Virus record (IMG/VR): IMGVR_UViG_3300037424_001778
Location: 109,586-164,882 of that record
Length of the DNA stretch: 55,297 bases
Origin: a virus
Reading direction: 5' to 3' (one strand)
Part shown: in pieces, positions 38,621-48,198 of the stretch
Numbering within the stretch: the stretch's first letter is position 1
Layout: every line of letters starts with the position of its first letter
Translations under genes and position numbers: made by a program
The notes under the pieces: generated by a model
The model's input: only the letters and a program-made list of their open reading frames with translations
Database searches by the model: none
Told to the model about the DNA's origin: nothing

Positions 38621-39538
38621 ATGGCTAGGTTTTTCTCCATAAAGGCAAAGGCGCCGGAGTTAGAAGGGGAATGGAGCCCTAGGAATGATGTACGTTTTTG
38701 CGACGTAAGTTATGGCTCTCACATCAAGCGCTGGTGGGTTTGTCCGAAGGGACATACCTACAGCGCAACACCAAATAGTCGTACCAACATAAAGAGCGGT
38801 TGCCCGTTTTGTCGCGGGTTGCTCGTTTCTGAAGAGAATTCGCTACTCACTATGGCTCCCGAACTAGCCGTGCAGTGGCACCACAAAAATATGAAGAAGT
38901 TCGCAGAAGTATCATACGGCTCTCGAAAACAATATTGGTGGGTGTGTGACCAAGGACACGAATGGCTAGCTACTCCAAATGACCGAGTTGGGGCCAAGAG
39001 CGAATGCCCGTGGTGTTCGGGTAAGCTGCTGAGCGATATGAACTCCCTTAAGAGTCTCGCACCGGTCCTAGAATTAGAGTGGGACCGCGAGACCAATATC
39101 GTTAAGTTCGAAGATGTATTTTGTGGCTCCAACACAAAGTACGGATGGGTCTGCCTTAATCGTGGACACAAATGGAAGGCTTCGGCGGGTAGTCGGTTCT
39201 ATATGAAATCAGGGTGTCCGCATTGTGCCAACAAACACTCTCGAGCTGAACTTGAGATCTATGCAATCGTACAGAAACACTTTCCCGAGGCGCAGAACGG
39301 CGTAACCGGCCTTCTCTCCTCGCGAAGGCTAGAGCTGGATATCTGGCTGCCATCATTACGAAAAGCCATAGAATACGACGGATGGCATCATCGTAGAGAG
39401 AAAGCTCAGACACGAGATGCCCGCAAGGACCGAGAGTGCCAGGCCGCTGGGATCGAGCTGTTAAGAATCAAAGAGACGGATTACGAGTCGGCACCTAAGG
39501 CTGTTGTTGATTCGGTATTATCTTGGCTGCACCCTTAA
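38621..39538 (+). CDS. Three zinc-ribbon repeats plus a Vsr/DUF559-like endonuclease
   Basis: WWVC..GH..CPxC three times; ELDIWLPSLRKAIEYDGWHH..RDARKD. Confidence 0.75.
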   Translation: MARFFSIKAKAPELEGEWSPRNDVRFCDVSYGSHIKRWWVCPKGHTYSATPNSRTNIKSGCPFCRGLLVSEENSLLTMAPELAVQWHHKNMKKFAEVSYGSRKQYWWVCDQGHEWLATPNDRVGAKSECPWCSGKLLSDMNSLKSLAPVLELEWDRETNIVKFEDVFCGSNTKYGWVCLNRGHKWKASAGSRFYMKSGCPHCANKHSRAELEIYAIVQKHFPEAQNGVTGLLSSRRLELDIWLPSLRKAIEYDGWHHRREKAQTRDARKDRECQAAGIELLRIKETDYESAPKAVVDSVLSWLHP

Positions 39539-39548
39539 GGAGTTATCG

Positions 39549-39959
39549 ATGTTACTCTCTGCAAGACCTTTGGTAGATCTAGCTGGTCCTAATTCATTTG
39601 AGCCCGCCACTCAATGGCTCATGACTGAAGGGGATAGCACGACCCTAGCCATGCAACTCCTAGATGGTAGCCTGGACCGTCCCGACCAGGGCTTTATGCC
39701 GTCTGGCCGAAGGTACATCCCCGATCCGTACGCGACATTAGTTGTGATGATTGAAAATATAGATGACAATCGCAAAGTTCAACGTCTAGCAACCCAGCCA
39801 TACCCCCAAGACGGCTCAATTTGGACTGTGACCATTCTGTCGACCGACCCCATCCGTGGCAGCCCACAGGTCAGACTCACACTCACTGAAGGCACAAAGG
39901 TCACTCGCGGTCTGCTAAGATGCGTCCTGAAGGTCGGCCCGTCAGGGAGTTGCTGCTAA
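39549..39959 (+). CDS. Putative virion structural protein
   Basis: AAGGAG RBS; beta-rich; coupled to the neck gene. Confidence 0.5.
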   Translation: MLLSARPLVDLAGPNSFEPATQWLMTEGDSTTLAMQLLDGSLDRPDQGFMPSGRRYIPDPYATLVVMIENIDDNRKVQRLATQPYPQDGSIWTVTILSTDPIRGSPQVRLTLTEGTKVTRGLLRCVLKVGPSGSCC

Positions 39960-40804
39960 TGGCTATTTATACAGGCTCCAAGGGCGGTATCGGTGGCGTC
40001 TATCCAGAAAATGCGATAGATGCTGAGCTGTCTCGCATTGAGCCGATACTCACCCCCCAGCAACTCAAGACGCGGCATTTGTTTGGCATCCCCCTCGTAT
40101 CGAGGATGAAGGACCCCATCTCCGGCAAGCACCAAGTGATGACGGAAGAAATGCTGAACGACATCATCATCGGTGCCGTCAACCAGGCCGAACGGGAAGT
40201 CAAGATTGACATCAGCCCTGTACAAAGGCGCTTGAAGCTGCCGTTTGACCGCGTATCCTATGAATCGTATGGCTACATGATGCTGCCTAATAGGCCCGTG
40301 ACGAGCCTAGAGAAGGTCAGCATCACCCCATCGAACGGTTTAGATGTCTTCGTCATGCCGCTGGAATGGGTCGAAACCGCGTATCTTGTCCGGGGTCAAC
40401 TGAACATAATTCCTATGACGGCGGCATTTATTCAAGGAGGATACGTCAGTGGAGGACCTACATCTTCCGCATTGTTCTTCATGACCTTCCTTGGCGGTCG
40501 CAGTTGGATTCCTGCATGGTGGCAGCTCGAGTTTACAAGCGGCTACAAAGATGGTATGGTCCCTCGGATTGTCAATGAGTTGGTTGGAACTATTGCAGCT
40601 ATGGAAGTATTGTCAATGCTTGCGACCACATACGCCCAGCACCAGTCCCATAGCCTGGGTATCGATGGGTTGTCGCAAAGCATCAGTACGCCTGGACCCA
40701 TGTTATTCAAGACCCGGACGGACGAACTCCTAGAGAAGCGGGACCGCCTAATAGGCCGAATTCGCTCACTGTATGGGACTGGATTTTTCTCGAGCCACGT
40801 ATAA
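39959..40804 (+). CDS. Putative neck / head-tail adaptor protein
   Basis: HLFGIPL..AVNQAE..LPNRPV..FTSG..SLGIDGLSQS, a pattern seen in large-phage neck proteins. Confidence 0.6.
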   Translation: MAIYTGSKGGIGGVYPENAIDAELSRIEPILTPQQLKTRHLFGIPLVSRMKDPISGKHQVMTEEMLNDIIIGAVNQAEREVKIDISPVQRRLKLPFDRVSYESYGYMMLPNRPVTSLEKVSITPSNGLDVFVMPLEWVETAYLVRGQLNIIPMTAAFIQGGYVSGGPTSSALFFMTFLGGRSWIPAWWQLEFTSGYKDGMVPRIVNELVGTIAAMEVLSMLATTYAQHQSHSLGIDGLSQSISTPGPMLFKTRTDELLEKRDRLIGRIRSLYGTGFFSSHV

Positions 40805-40843
40805 TAGCTTGTGCGTCTGACGGACTTGTGGTAGAGTTGCGGG

Positions 40844-41734
40844 ATGCGTAAGCTCAAATTTGAGGACGTTCAGCGCAGAATCTCCGCAAAGGGGTTCGTA
40901 CTGATATCTACAGAGTATACCGACTCCAAGGCCAAGCTTCAGGTTGTCTGTTCTAAGGGACACACGTCATGGAAGCGATTTAACGACATCGACCAAGGTA
41001 TGGGTTGCCTGGAGTGTTCGGGGCTCAAGCCCCTCACTCTAGAAGAGGCGCGAGAGTGGGCCGCCAAACGCGGAGGAGAATGTCTAGCTACCGAATATAT
41101 AAACGCCCAAACAAAAATGCCATGGAAGTGCAAAGAAGGGCATCTTTTTGAGATGCACCTAGATCATGTGAAGCAAGGGCATTGGTGTTGGAGGTGTAAT
41201 CCGGGCAGAGAGAGGGTGCCGTGGACTCGCTACGAGGAGCTATGCGGCAAAAAGGGCGGCAAGTTGCTGGCCGATACATCCACCATCCCGGACTCCCGTA
41301 TCCCAGTGCTGGTGGAATGCAAGGAGGGGCACCGATTTGCCCGCACCTTACCCTATTTCCACAGCGGCCATTGGTGCCCAGAATGCGCCCGTGTCCAACA
41401 ACACGACAATAAGCAGGCTGAAACCGAGTGCTACGAGTATTGCCGCTCGCTTTTGGATAGTACGGTAGCGGTTGAACGCAACAAGACGGAGCTATTGCCT
41501 AGTTCAAAGCTTGAACTCGACATCTGGATTCCTTCGTCGCGTAAGGCTATTGAATTGGATGGGGAGAATTGGCACGACAATCCAGAATGCGCAGAGCGCG
41601 ACGCTAGAAAATCTGCAGAATGCGCGGAGGTTGGGATAGAGCTACTTAGGTTGGGGTACCGTAAGCATTGGTATCGTGGCAAAAAGAAGAAATTCGGGAT
41701 GCCGATGGTTCGGGCCTTCTTGCTTGGAAGATGA
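40844..41734 (+). CDS. Zinc-ribbon repeat plus Vsr/DUF559-like endonuclease
   Basis: C..GH repeats; ELDIWIP..AIELDGENWH..RDARK. Confidence 0.75.
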   Translation: MRKLKFEDVQRRISAKGFVLISTEYTDSKAKLQVVCSKGHTSWKRFNDIDQGMGCLECSGLKPLTLEEAREWAAKRGGECLATEYINAQTKMPWKCKEGHLFEMHLDHVKQGHWCWRCNPGRERVPWTRYEELCGKKGGKLLADTSTIPDSRIPVLVECKEGHRFARTLPYFHSGHWCPECARVQQHDNKQAETECYEYCRSLLDSTVAVERNKTELLPSSKLELDIWIPSSRKAIELDGENWHDNPECAERDARKSAECAEVGIELLRLGYRKHWYRGKKKKFGMPMVRAFLLGR

Positions 41735-41755
41735 ACCGCCCCGCCACCATCCAAA

Positions 41756-42085
41756 GAGCCCTTGACTTCCTAGCTGTGACCTAGTAGATATTAAGTCATG
41801 AACGCACAAGAGTCGAAGCTTGGCAGGGCAGAGCAAATCCGAGCCACGCTCAATGGGTACGGCTTCGGTGGGCCAGCGTTGACCGCCAGGGTGTGGGTGG
41901 GCGGTAATCGAGTGCGAGTCTACCTTAGGTGCGACGGCCGCGACATGGGGAAAGTTGTCTTCGTGGGAGGCATCGCTCGGATTGAAGACTCCTTGCTGGG
42001 AGCTAGGCATCAGGCCGTTATGGATGCCATCGCCCCTTACCTGAGCCCTTGACTTCCTAGCTTCGACCTAGTAGATATTAAGTCA
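41756..42085 (+). repeat. About 43-bp direct repeat (promoter) flanking ORF 41798..42052
   Basis: gagcccttgacttcctagct(gt/tc)gacctagtagatattaagtca at about 41756 and 42043. Confidence 0.85.
41798..42052 (+). CDS. Hypothetical protein
   Basis: ARVWVGGNRVRVYL; has its own promoter. Confidence 0.6.
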   Translation: MNAQESKLGRAEQIRATLNGYGFGGPALTARVWVGGNRVRVYLRCDGRDMGKVVFVGGIARIEDSLLGARHQAVMDAIAPYLSP

Positions 42086-42101
42086 GAAAGCGAGAACGCA
42101 A

Positions 42102-42392
42102 ATGTACGCCACCAGGATGGTCAATTTGTCCCTAGGACTCACCGAGTACCGAATCTCTAGTGGGAGCGGCGAGCTGGTTCTTTCGGAGCAGGACGCGAAG
42201 CGCTTGGCGGCTCTTCTTCGCGACGAATTCAAGGACATCACTTTCGGGGTCACGCCGAAAGAATACGACCTTGCCTGGAATGATGGCAAGATTGCAGCCA
42301 TCAAGGCCTATCGTGAGCGTACCGGCACGGGCCTAGCTGAAGCAAAGCTAGCGGTCGAAGCGGCTCCCGGCATCTACTTCAAGAGGTCTTGA
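42102..42392 (+). CDS. Ribosomal protein bL12 C-terminal-like domain protein
   Basis: GKIAAIKAYRERTGTGLAEAKLAVE. Confidence 0.7.
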   Translation: MYATRMVNLSLGLTEYRISSGSGELVLSEQDAKRLAALLRDEFKDITFGVTPKEYDLAWNDGKIAAIKAYRERTGTGLAEAKLAVEAAPGIYFKRS

Positions 42393-42423
42393 CATCTCCC
42401 CCGAAACCGAGTAGGTTCTAGGT

Positions 42424-42648
42424 ATGAACGCAATCGACAAAGCGTATTACCTCACCGCTGTCCGCATCCTGAAGGAGCTTGACCCCACCCCTACAGATAT
42501 TGTGGAAGCCATTATCAGCCTCGCCCAAGCCAAGCGCGGAGCCGAGTTGACCGTGGCCGTATTGCGCGGAGTCGACTTTAAGACGGCTCTTAGCGACTGG
42601 AACAAGGCCAACCCAGGAGCCGAAGATGTCCTGGGCCCGGCGTGGTGA
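42424..42648 (+). CDS. Hypothetical protein
   Basis: TTGACA-17-TAGGTT-6-ATG. Confidence 0.55.
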   Translation: MNAIDKAYYLTAVRILKELDPTPTDIVEAIISLAQAKRGAELTVAVLRGVDFKTALSDWNKANPGAEDVLGPAW

Positions 42649-42904
42649 CGGGTCCTTGACGTCTCCCCCGAAACCGTGTAATCTGCTTCTCGTCCGGTAG
42701 CTGAAGTAGATAGCAGGACTAGTATCGTGTGTGGCAGCATTCGTGTAGTAGTGTGTGGCTGTTTTGTGCAGTAGCGTGGCAGAACCCAAAATCAACCCGG
42801 CGAGCCCTTGTACGTGGCCCTTCGTCCGGTGTACCATAGGGGAATAGAATCCCCAGTCTGGTTATTCAGGCCAGATCGATAGGTGGCAAACCCTATCAGT
42901 TTTT

Positions 42905-42978
42905 AGCGGGGTGGAGCAGCCAGGTAGTTCGTCGGCCTCATAAGCCGAAGGTCGTAGGTTCAAATCCTACCCCCGCTA
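42905..42978 (+). tRNA. tRNA-Met(CAT), initiator-like body
   Basis: AGCGGGG/CCCCGCT, TCGGC-CTCATAA-GCCGA, GTAGG-TTCAAAT-CCTAC. Confidence 0.9.
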
Positions 42979-43082
42979 CACAAACACTAGAGGACTATTC
43001 ACCCTCGGTAGTCTAGATGGGCCCCAAGCTGACGTGACGGTCCCAGGCTAGGTCGAGCAGCGGCAAACCTGCTCACATTTTT

Positions 43083-43156
43083 GCAAGGGTGGGCTAAGTT
43101 AAGTCCCCGGGCGTCCAGTTCGGTGATGTTGGTGTCGAATCCAACCCCATGCTCCA
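43083..43156 (+). tRNA. Non-canonical tRNA-Gly(TCC)-like gene with encoded CCA
   Basis: GCAAGGG/CCCATGC with one mismatch, U73, anticodon loop CGTCCAG, 8-nt T loop. Confidence 0.55.
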
Positions 43157-43473
43157 TTTTGTCGATAATCTCGGTGCGTTTATCGGGGAAACGGCGATTA
43201 TCGGACTAAATGGTGCAAGTTCAGTCTTGGGAGTAATATGGACCTGCCGCTTCCCGCCGATTTCTCCTGCTGTCGGGCCGCCACATGCCCCAAGCGGAGT
43301 ACTTGTCTCCGGTACCAAGATGCCGTAGCCAGTAGTACCCAATCTTTCATTTCTCCAGACCTCAAAGATGGGGCTTGTGGGTATTACATCGCAGACGTCA
43401 GGCCCGAAGATGCAGTATTTGCGCGACTCAACGTCCGCCACGTCAAGGACAAATCTCGCATAATCTAATACGC

Positions 43474-46400
43474 ATGCCTACTGGTACCCCAATGGAAGTG
43501 GCCTCAATCGCAGTGACAAAACGAGGCAAACTCCTCTGGTTGAGGCGCCGCTGGAGCCAAAAATTGACCCTCCCAGCCGGAAAAACCGAACCGGGCGAAG
43601 AGCCTCTCTTGGGGGCCATTAGAGAGCTTAAAGAGGAATCCGGGCTCAGCGTTGACGTGCGCGATTTAGAGTACCTCGGCGATGGCAATTCGTCGCGTGG
43701 CGTACATGTCTTTGCTTTCACCACAGAAGCTCCAGACGACTTCACGCCTTCAGCCGGGGGCGACCCAGACCACGAAGCCCTAGAATTCCTGTGGCTGGAC
43801 GAACTCCCTTCGGACGAAGAGTCACACGTCCCCACTGCCGACAACATCACCTTGCGCCTCCTGGGCCTCGTGGATGGTTCTCCTCTAGAGAAGGCTGAAG
43901 ACCGCAAGGCCCCGAAGACCCCCCAAAAGGAGTGGCGTTCTAAGGACGGCCTCAAAATCCCCCACCGCACTAGCCCCTCTCGTCGAGAGTGGGACAAAGC
44001 GTTCCATTCCAAATTGGCCGAAGTCTTCACGGGCGGGGACCCAGAGCGACTGCGCCCGTTCAAGCTTCCGGTGACCGACTTGCTCGGCTCCAACACGGCA
44101 GTCAACAAGCCGCGCCTGGCTCTATACACTCGCATGCTCAAAAGCAAGGACCGCCTACCCCCAGTAGTGGTCCGCCAGTCAGGCCAAGGGTTCCATTTGG
44201 TCGACGGCAATCATCGCTTGGAAGCTGCCCGTGCTGTGGGGGCGAGATTTGTAGATGCCGTAGAAGCACTACCCGAAGGTCAGTCATACAAGCCACAGCG
44301 ATTCGTAGAACCTCCTCTGGTCGAGCCGCAACACGACGACTCCAACTACTCCGACGAAGACGGTTGGACTGAAGCCAAGTACCGTCGAGGAGGCCACAAA
44401 GAATTCGAAGGCTTCCTAAAAGAGGTAGAATCGGGACTACATAAGGCCGAGGAATTCGCTTCACTCAACCAGGCTATTGGGCCAGCGTTGTTGTATCGAG
44501 CATACAAAAACTCGCCGCACCACCCGGTGTCGCTTCTACTCAAATACATTGTCCACCGCCTCGAGAACCAGCACTTCTACCAAACCACGCCCGAGGCGGA
44601 AGTAAATAAGCACGACCAAGAGTGGCTGGCTCATCACCAGCAAGGTGGAGCTGCAGAAAAAAACGCCCACATTACAGTAGGTGACTTACGCGGGGCGCTT
44701 GTGGCCAACCCCAATCTCGCCCAGGGCGTCCTGAAGCACCAAAAAGACTTGCACGCCTACCTGAAACGACACAACCCTTCCGCCATCCAAACCATCAATG
44801 GTGAGCCCAGCGTGGCGCTTGCGCGCGGGTATAAAATCCCCAACCCGATGGCAGACCACGACATCGCTTCGTATACGGACCACCCTCCCACAGCCCGTGC
44901 GTTTGGCTCGCAAGTCAAGAGCTGGCATGTGCCTCTGAAGAATTTGTGGTACTCGTTCAACCTCGGCCCCAAAACTTCAGCAGGCAATATGGGCCCCGAA
45001 GACGAATTTCTGGCTTCGAATCACCCACGAGTCGACGCGCCCATAGAATCGGTCAAGAGGATTGTTCCTCTAGAGCATTACGGATACAAAGAGCCCGCCG
45101 ATAGTTGGGCACTGGGTCACACCTCAGACCCCAATGCCTTGCGCGCAGCCGTAGACCGTATAGACACGCTCGATAGTGAGACAGCCAAGGCTCTAGCCAA
45201 GAATCCGCACTTACCTGCGGATGCCATTACGGCTATGTTGAACAAGCCAGATAAACCGTACGGGTCGGGCGGGCCGGGAATCGAACTCGCCGTCAAAGAA
45301 GCTTTGCTGACGCACCAACCCAACACAAACGAAGCCCATCTACGTATCGCCATTGCCCAAGGGGGCCAGCTCGAGAATTGGGCTTACATGGCCATCAACG
45401 CCACGCCAGAGATGTTGGCCGAAGGGTTCAAGTCCGCCGACCCCAACATTAGACGGACGGTCATTAGCAATTCAAGAACCAGCCCGTCCACCGTGCTTGA
45501 GGCGATGGATGACACCAACAAGAACGTTCGTGCTCAAGCCGTTTGGCACCCCCATGCAACGTCCGAAGTCCTAGATAAGGGTGTGGCCGACCCCCATCCG
45601 TTAGTCCAAGGCGCCGTAGTCGAGAGCCCGCACCTTCAGCCCCATCACATTTCAGCGCTGTTGCATAGTAAGACGATAGCTCCCAACAATATCATAACCG
45701 CCATGTCGCATCCCAATGCCTCTTCGGCCAACCTGCATGAAGGTTTGAGCCATCACGACCCGATGGTCAAATTGGCAGCCCTAAAGCACGCCTCAGCTCA
45801 ACCCGAGCACCTCAAAAGGGGTCTAGAAGGATTAGATTTTTTTGAGGACCCAGACATCGGCGACGCTATTCTAGGGCATCCGAACGCAACGCCAGAGATA
45901 CTCGAAACCGGCCTGGCTTATGCTCAGTCTCACGCAGACCCGGCAATCAGAAACGCACTATTCAGAAGGATAGCTTCCCATCCCAACCTGTCCAGCAAAC
46001 AACTACACCGGCTCATTGTCGACCCAGACAATCGAACCCGCCGCACGGCTACCGTTAACCCCAGCCTGGCCCCTGAACACATCGTGGCCGGTCTAGAGTA
46101 CGCCCGGAAAAACCCGGCCTCTATTTCTCCCATTCCAGGCGAGCACCCGCCGCTCGGCCTCATCAATCACCCCAACGCCAATGCGGACGTTCTGGACCAC
46201 GTCCTAAATACCTTCGACCCTTCGACAAACTATACCCTATTCCGTGTATTAGCTCGCCACCCCAAGGCTACCCCCGCCCAACTCGGGAGTCTCTTGGACA
46301 AGTCTAAGGCCGCATTCGACGACCTCGCCTCAAGAAGCGACCCTGCCCTCGAGGTCAACGCCGAGTCCTTCCGTAGCCTCGCCCAGGAAGTGTTCAAAAA

Positions 46401-48198
46401 CCCCAACGCCAGCGCCGACAACATCACCCAAGGACTGAATCATCCGTCTGTGTACGTCCAAGACAGTGCGATACGACACCCCAACCATACCGCCGAGCAT
46501 GTCACACAGGCGATGAAGTCCGATTCTCCAGAAATACGCAAGTTAGCCCTCAAGAGCCCACATGTAACCCAAGCCCATATCGCGCAGGGAGTGGCAGACT
46601 CAGACAGTATAGTGCGAGATGCAGCGGACGTTGCCGCCACGCGACCCCAACAAGCCCCATCCGACGCATACGGCAAGCACCTCAAAGAGAAGCTGGGGTG
46701 GCGTGAGACAGAAAAGGGTCTGCACAAATCCGAAGAAGCCCTGGAGAAGATGGCGTTGGTGCATGATGATTTCGCCAACCCCAAAACAGTCTATCGCGTC
46801 CAGAACAAAAAAGGCGAGGGACCTTACACATCCGGGTCGAGCGCCACATATGCCCAGATTCGGCCAATCCTGAATAGGCCGGTTTCTGCTACCCCAGAGC
46901 CCGACGTTGACTTTGATGAAACTTTGACAGGTAATATGAAATTCGGTTTCTTGGCCCCAGAGCACGCCAAGGAGTGGTTCGGTCCTCACGGCCTCAAGCT
47001 CTTAGCTAACAACGGCTACACGCTTCAGCCTGTCGCAGCCAAGAAGGTTTGGGTGTCGAAGTCAGGCAAGCAAGTCACCTTCGAGCCACACGATTCAGAA
47101 CTCCAGAAAATGTCGCTTGCTGATATACATGCAGGCGCCAAGACACGCAATAAACCGGTGTGGGACTACAGCCACCTTCTGAGCCCAGAGCACCGAGCGG
47201 CCGGGTACGGGCTGAAAGTATTGCAGCATTCGCCGACTTCGACATTTGCGGCGCTGACACATCCTACAGGAGACGAAGCTGCATTGGGTGGACTCCTAGG
47301 CCGCAAGCACCCTGTAGTCGGCTTGGTAACCGGACATACCGAAGATTGGCGCAACCCAAAAGAACTCATCATCGGAGCCGCTTCGGTGGAGCCCACCCAT
47401 CGTGGAGACAAGGGCGTGCCGATGTACGAGGCTTTGATGGCCCATGCGAAGAACCACAGAGGCCTGACTTCTGTTAGGGGTGACGAGCACTCCACGATGG
47501 CACACAAGGTACACGCCAAATTGGCCGCAAAGCACGGTATGCAATATAGTGCGCCAGAGCGGGCTGGCACAAAGGAGGTTGGTCCTTACGACGAAAAGTT
47601 CGGCCCATATAGTTACGTGCTCAAGAACGAACGCGACCTGGCAGACGAAACCACCGAGGCCCTTTCGAAGGGACTAGCCACAGCAGCCGCTTTGGTTGGC
47701 GCCCTCGCCATGGGTGGAGGCGGCGGCACACACATCAAGCAATCCCAACCGGACATTCAAGCGGTCAAGTGGTCACCGGCCGGCCTGCACCCACACCTCA
47801 TTCCAATCGCACACCTCGAGTCTAGCTTCGGGCAAAATGTCAAGCATTTGCCCTCACCTAAGGGCGAGTATGACACCGCTCATGGCCCGCTGGGCCTGAA
47901 GCCTAATACGGCCCATGAAGAATACCTAAAGTCACCTATTCTACAAAAACAGTTCGGAGACCTCAAGGACCCAGCCGACTTTATGGCCAGGTTCAAAGCT
48001 GACCCCAAGCTCTACAACCTAGTGGCCACGTCACACTTCTTGCGCCTGCTGAAAAAACATGGTAGTGCAGCTAAAGCGGCCTACGCCTGGAGATTGGGAA
48101 CTAATGCAGCGGCAGCAGCCACAGATGAGCAAGTGCAGTCATTACCGTACGTTCAGAGATATAAAGACCTCTCGCTTACAGCAGGACTCAAGAAATGA
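43474..48198 (+). CDS. Multidomain polyprotein: Nudix, ParB-like, ART-like, HEAT/LRV repeats, unknown domain, GNAT, TM segment, lytic transglycosylase
   Basis: GKTEPGEE..AIRELKEESGL; LVDGNHRLEAA; LARG..SYTD..EDEF; HPNA repeats; VEPTHRG..MYEAL; IAHLESSFG..HGPLGL..AAYAW. Confidence 0.75.
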   Translation: MPTGTPMEVASIAVTKRGKLLWLRRRWSQKLTLPAGKTEPGEEPLLGAIRELKEESGLSVDVRDLEYLGDGNSSRGVHVFAFTTEAPDDFTPSAGGDPDHEALEFLWLDELPSDEESHVPTADNITLRLLGLVDGSPLEKAEDRKAPKTPQKEWRSKDGLKIPHRTSPSRREWDKAFHSKLAEVFTGGDPERLRPFKLPVTDLLGSNTAVNKPRLALYTRMLKSKDRLPPVVVRQSGQGFHLVDGNHRLEAARAVGARFVDAVEALPEGQSYKPQRFVEPPLVEPQHDDSNYSDEDGWTEAKYRRGGHKEFEGFLKEVESGLHKAEEFASLNQAIGPALLYRAYKNSPHHPVSLLLKYIVHRLENQHFYQTTPEAEVNKHDQEWLAHHQQGGAAEKNAHITVGDLRGALVANPNLAQGVLKHQKDLHAYLKRHNPSAIQTINGEPSVALARGYKIPNPMADHDIASYTDHPPTARAFGSQVKSWHVPLKNLWYSFNLGPKTSAGNMGPEDEFLASNHPRVDAPIESVKRIVPLEHYGYKEPADSWALGHTSDPNALRAAVDRIDTLDSETAKALAKNPHLPADAITAMLNKPDKPYGSGGPGIELAVKEALLTHQPNTNEAHLRIAIAQGGQLENWAYMAINATPEMLAEGFKSADPNIRRTVISNSRTSPSTVLEAMDDTNKNVRAQAVWHPHATSEVLDKGVADPHPLVQGAVVESPHLQPHHISALLHSKTIAPNNIITAMSHPNASSANLHEGLSHHDPMVKLAALKHASAQPEHLKRGLEGLDFFEDPDIGDAILGHPNATPEILETGLAYAQSHADPAIRNALFRRIASHPNLSSKQLHRLIVDPDNRTRRTATVNPSLAPEHIVAGLEYARKNPASISPIPGEHPPLGLINHPNANADVLDHVLNTFDPSTNYTLFRVLARHPKATPAQLGSLLDKSKAAFDDLASRSDPALEVNAESFRSLAQEVFKNPNASADNITQGLNHPSVYVQDSAIRHPNHTAEHVTQAMKSDSPEIRKLALKSPHVTQAHIAQGVADSDSIVRDAADVAATRPQQAPSDAYGKHLKEKLGWRETEKGLHKSEEALEKMALVHDDFANPKTVYRVQNKKGEGPYTSGSSATYAQIRPILNRPVSATPEPDVDFDETLTGNMKFGFLAPEHAKEWFGPHGLKLLANNGYTLQPVAAKKVWVSKSGKQVTFEPHDSELQKMSLADIHAGAKTRNKPVWDYSHLLSPEHRAAGYGLKVLQHSPTSTFAALTHPTGDEAALGGLLGRKHPVVGLVTGHTEDWRNPKELIIGAASVEPTHRGDKGVPMYEALMAHAKNHRGLTSVRGDEHSTMAHKVHAKLAAKHGMQYSAPERAGTKEVGPYDEKFGPYSYVLKNERDLADETTEALSKGLATAAALVGALAMGGGGGTHIKQSQPDIQAVKWSPAGLHPHLIPIAHLESSFGQNVKHLPSPKGEYDTAHGPLGLKPNTAHEEYLKSPILQKQFGDLKDPADFMARFKADPKLYNLVATSHFLRLLKKHGSAAKAAYAWRLGTNAAAAATDEQVQSLPYVQRYKDLSLTAGLKK

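Noticed and set aside
42878-43074. c-di-GMP-I riboswitch suggested by GGCAAAC and the GGDEF gene
   Set aside because: The GNRA/receptor P2-P3 architecture is absent; the motif is only a hairpin loop here.
43375-43473. Upstream start for the large polyprotein
   Set aside because: It overlaps another small ORF and the TAATCT motif; ATG 43474 fits better.
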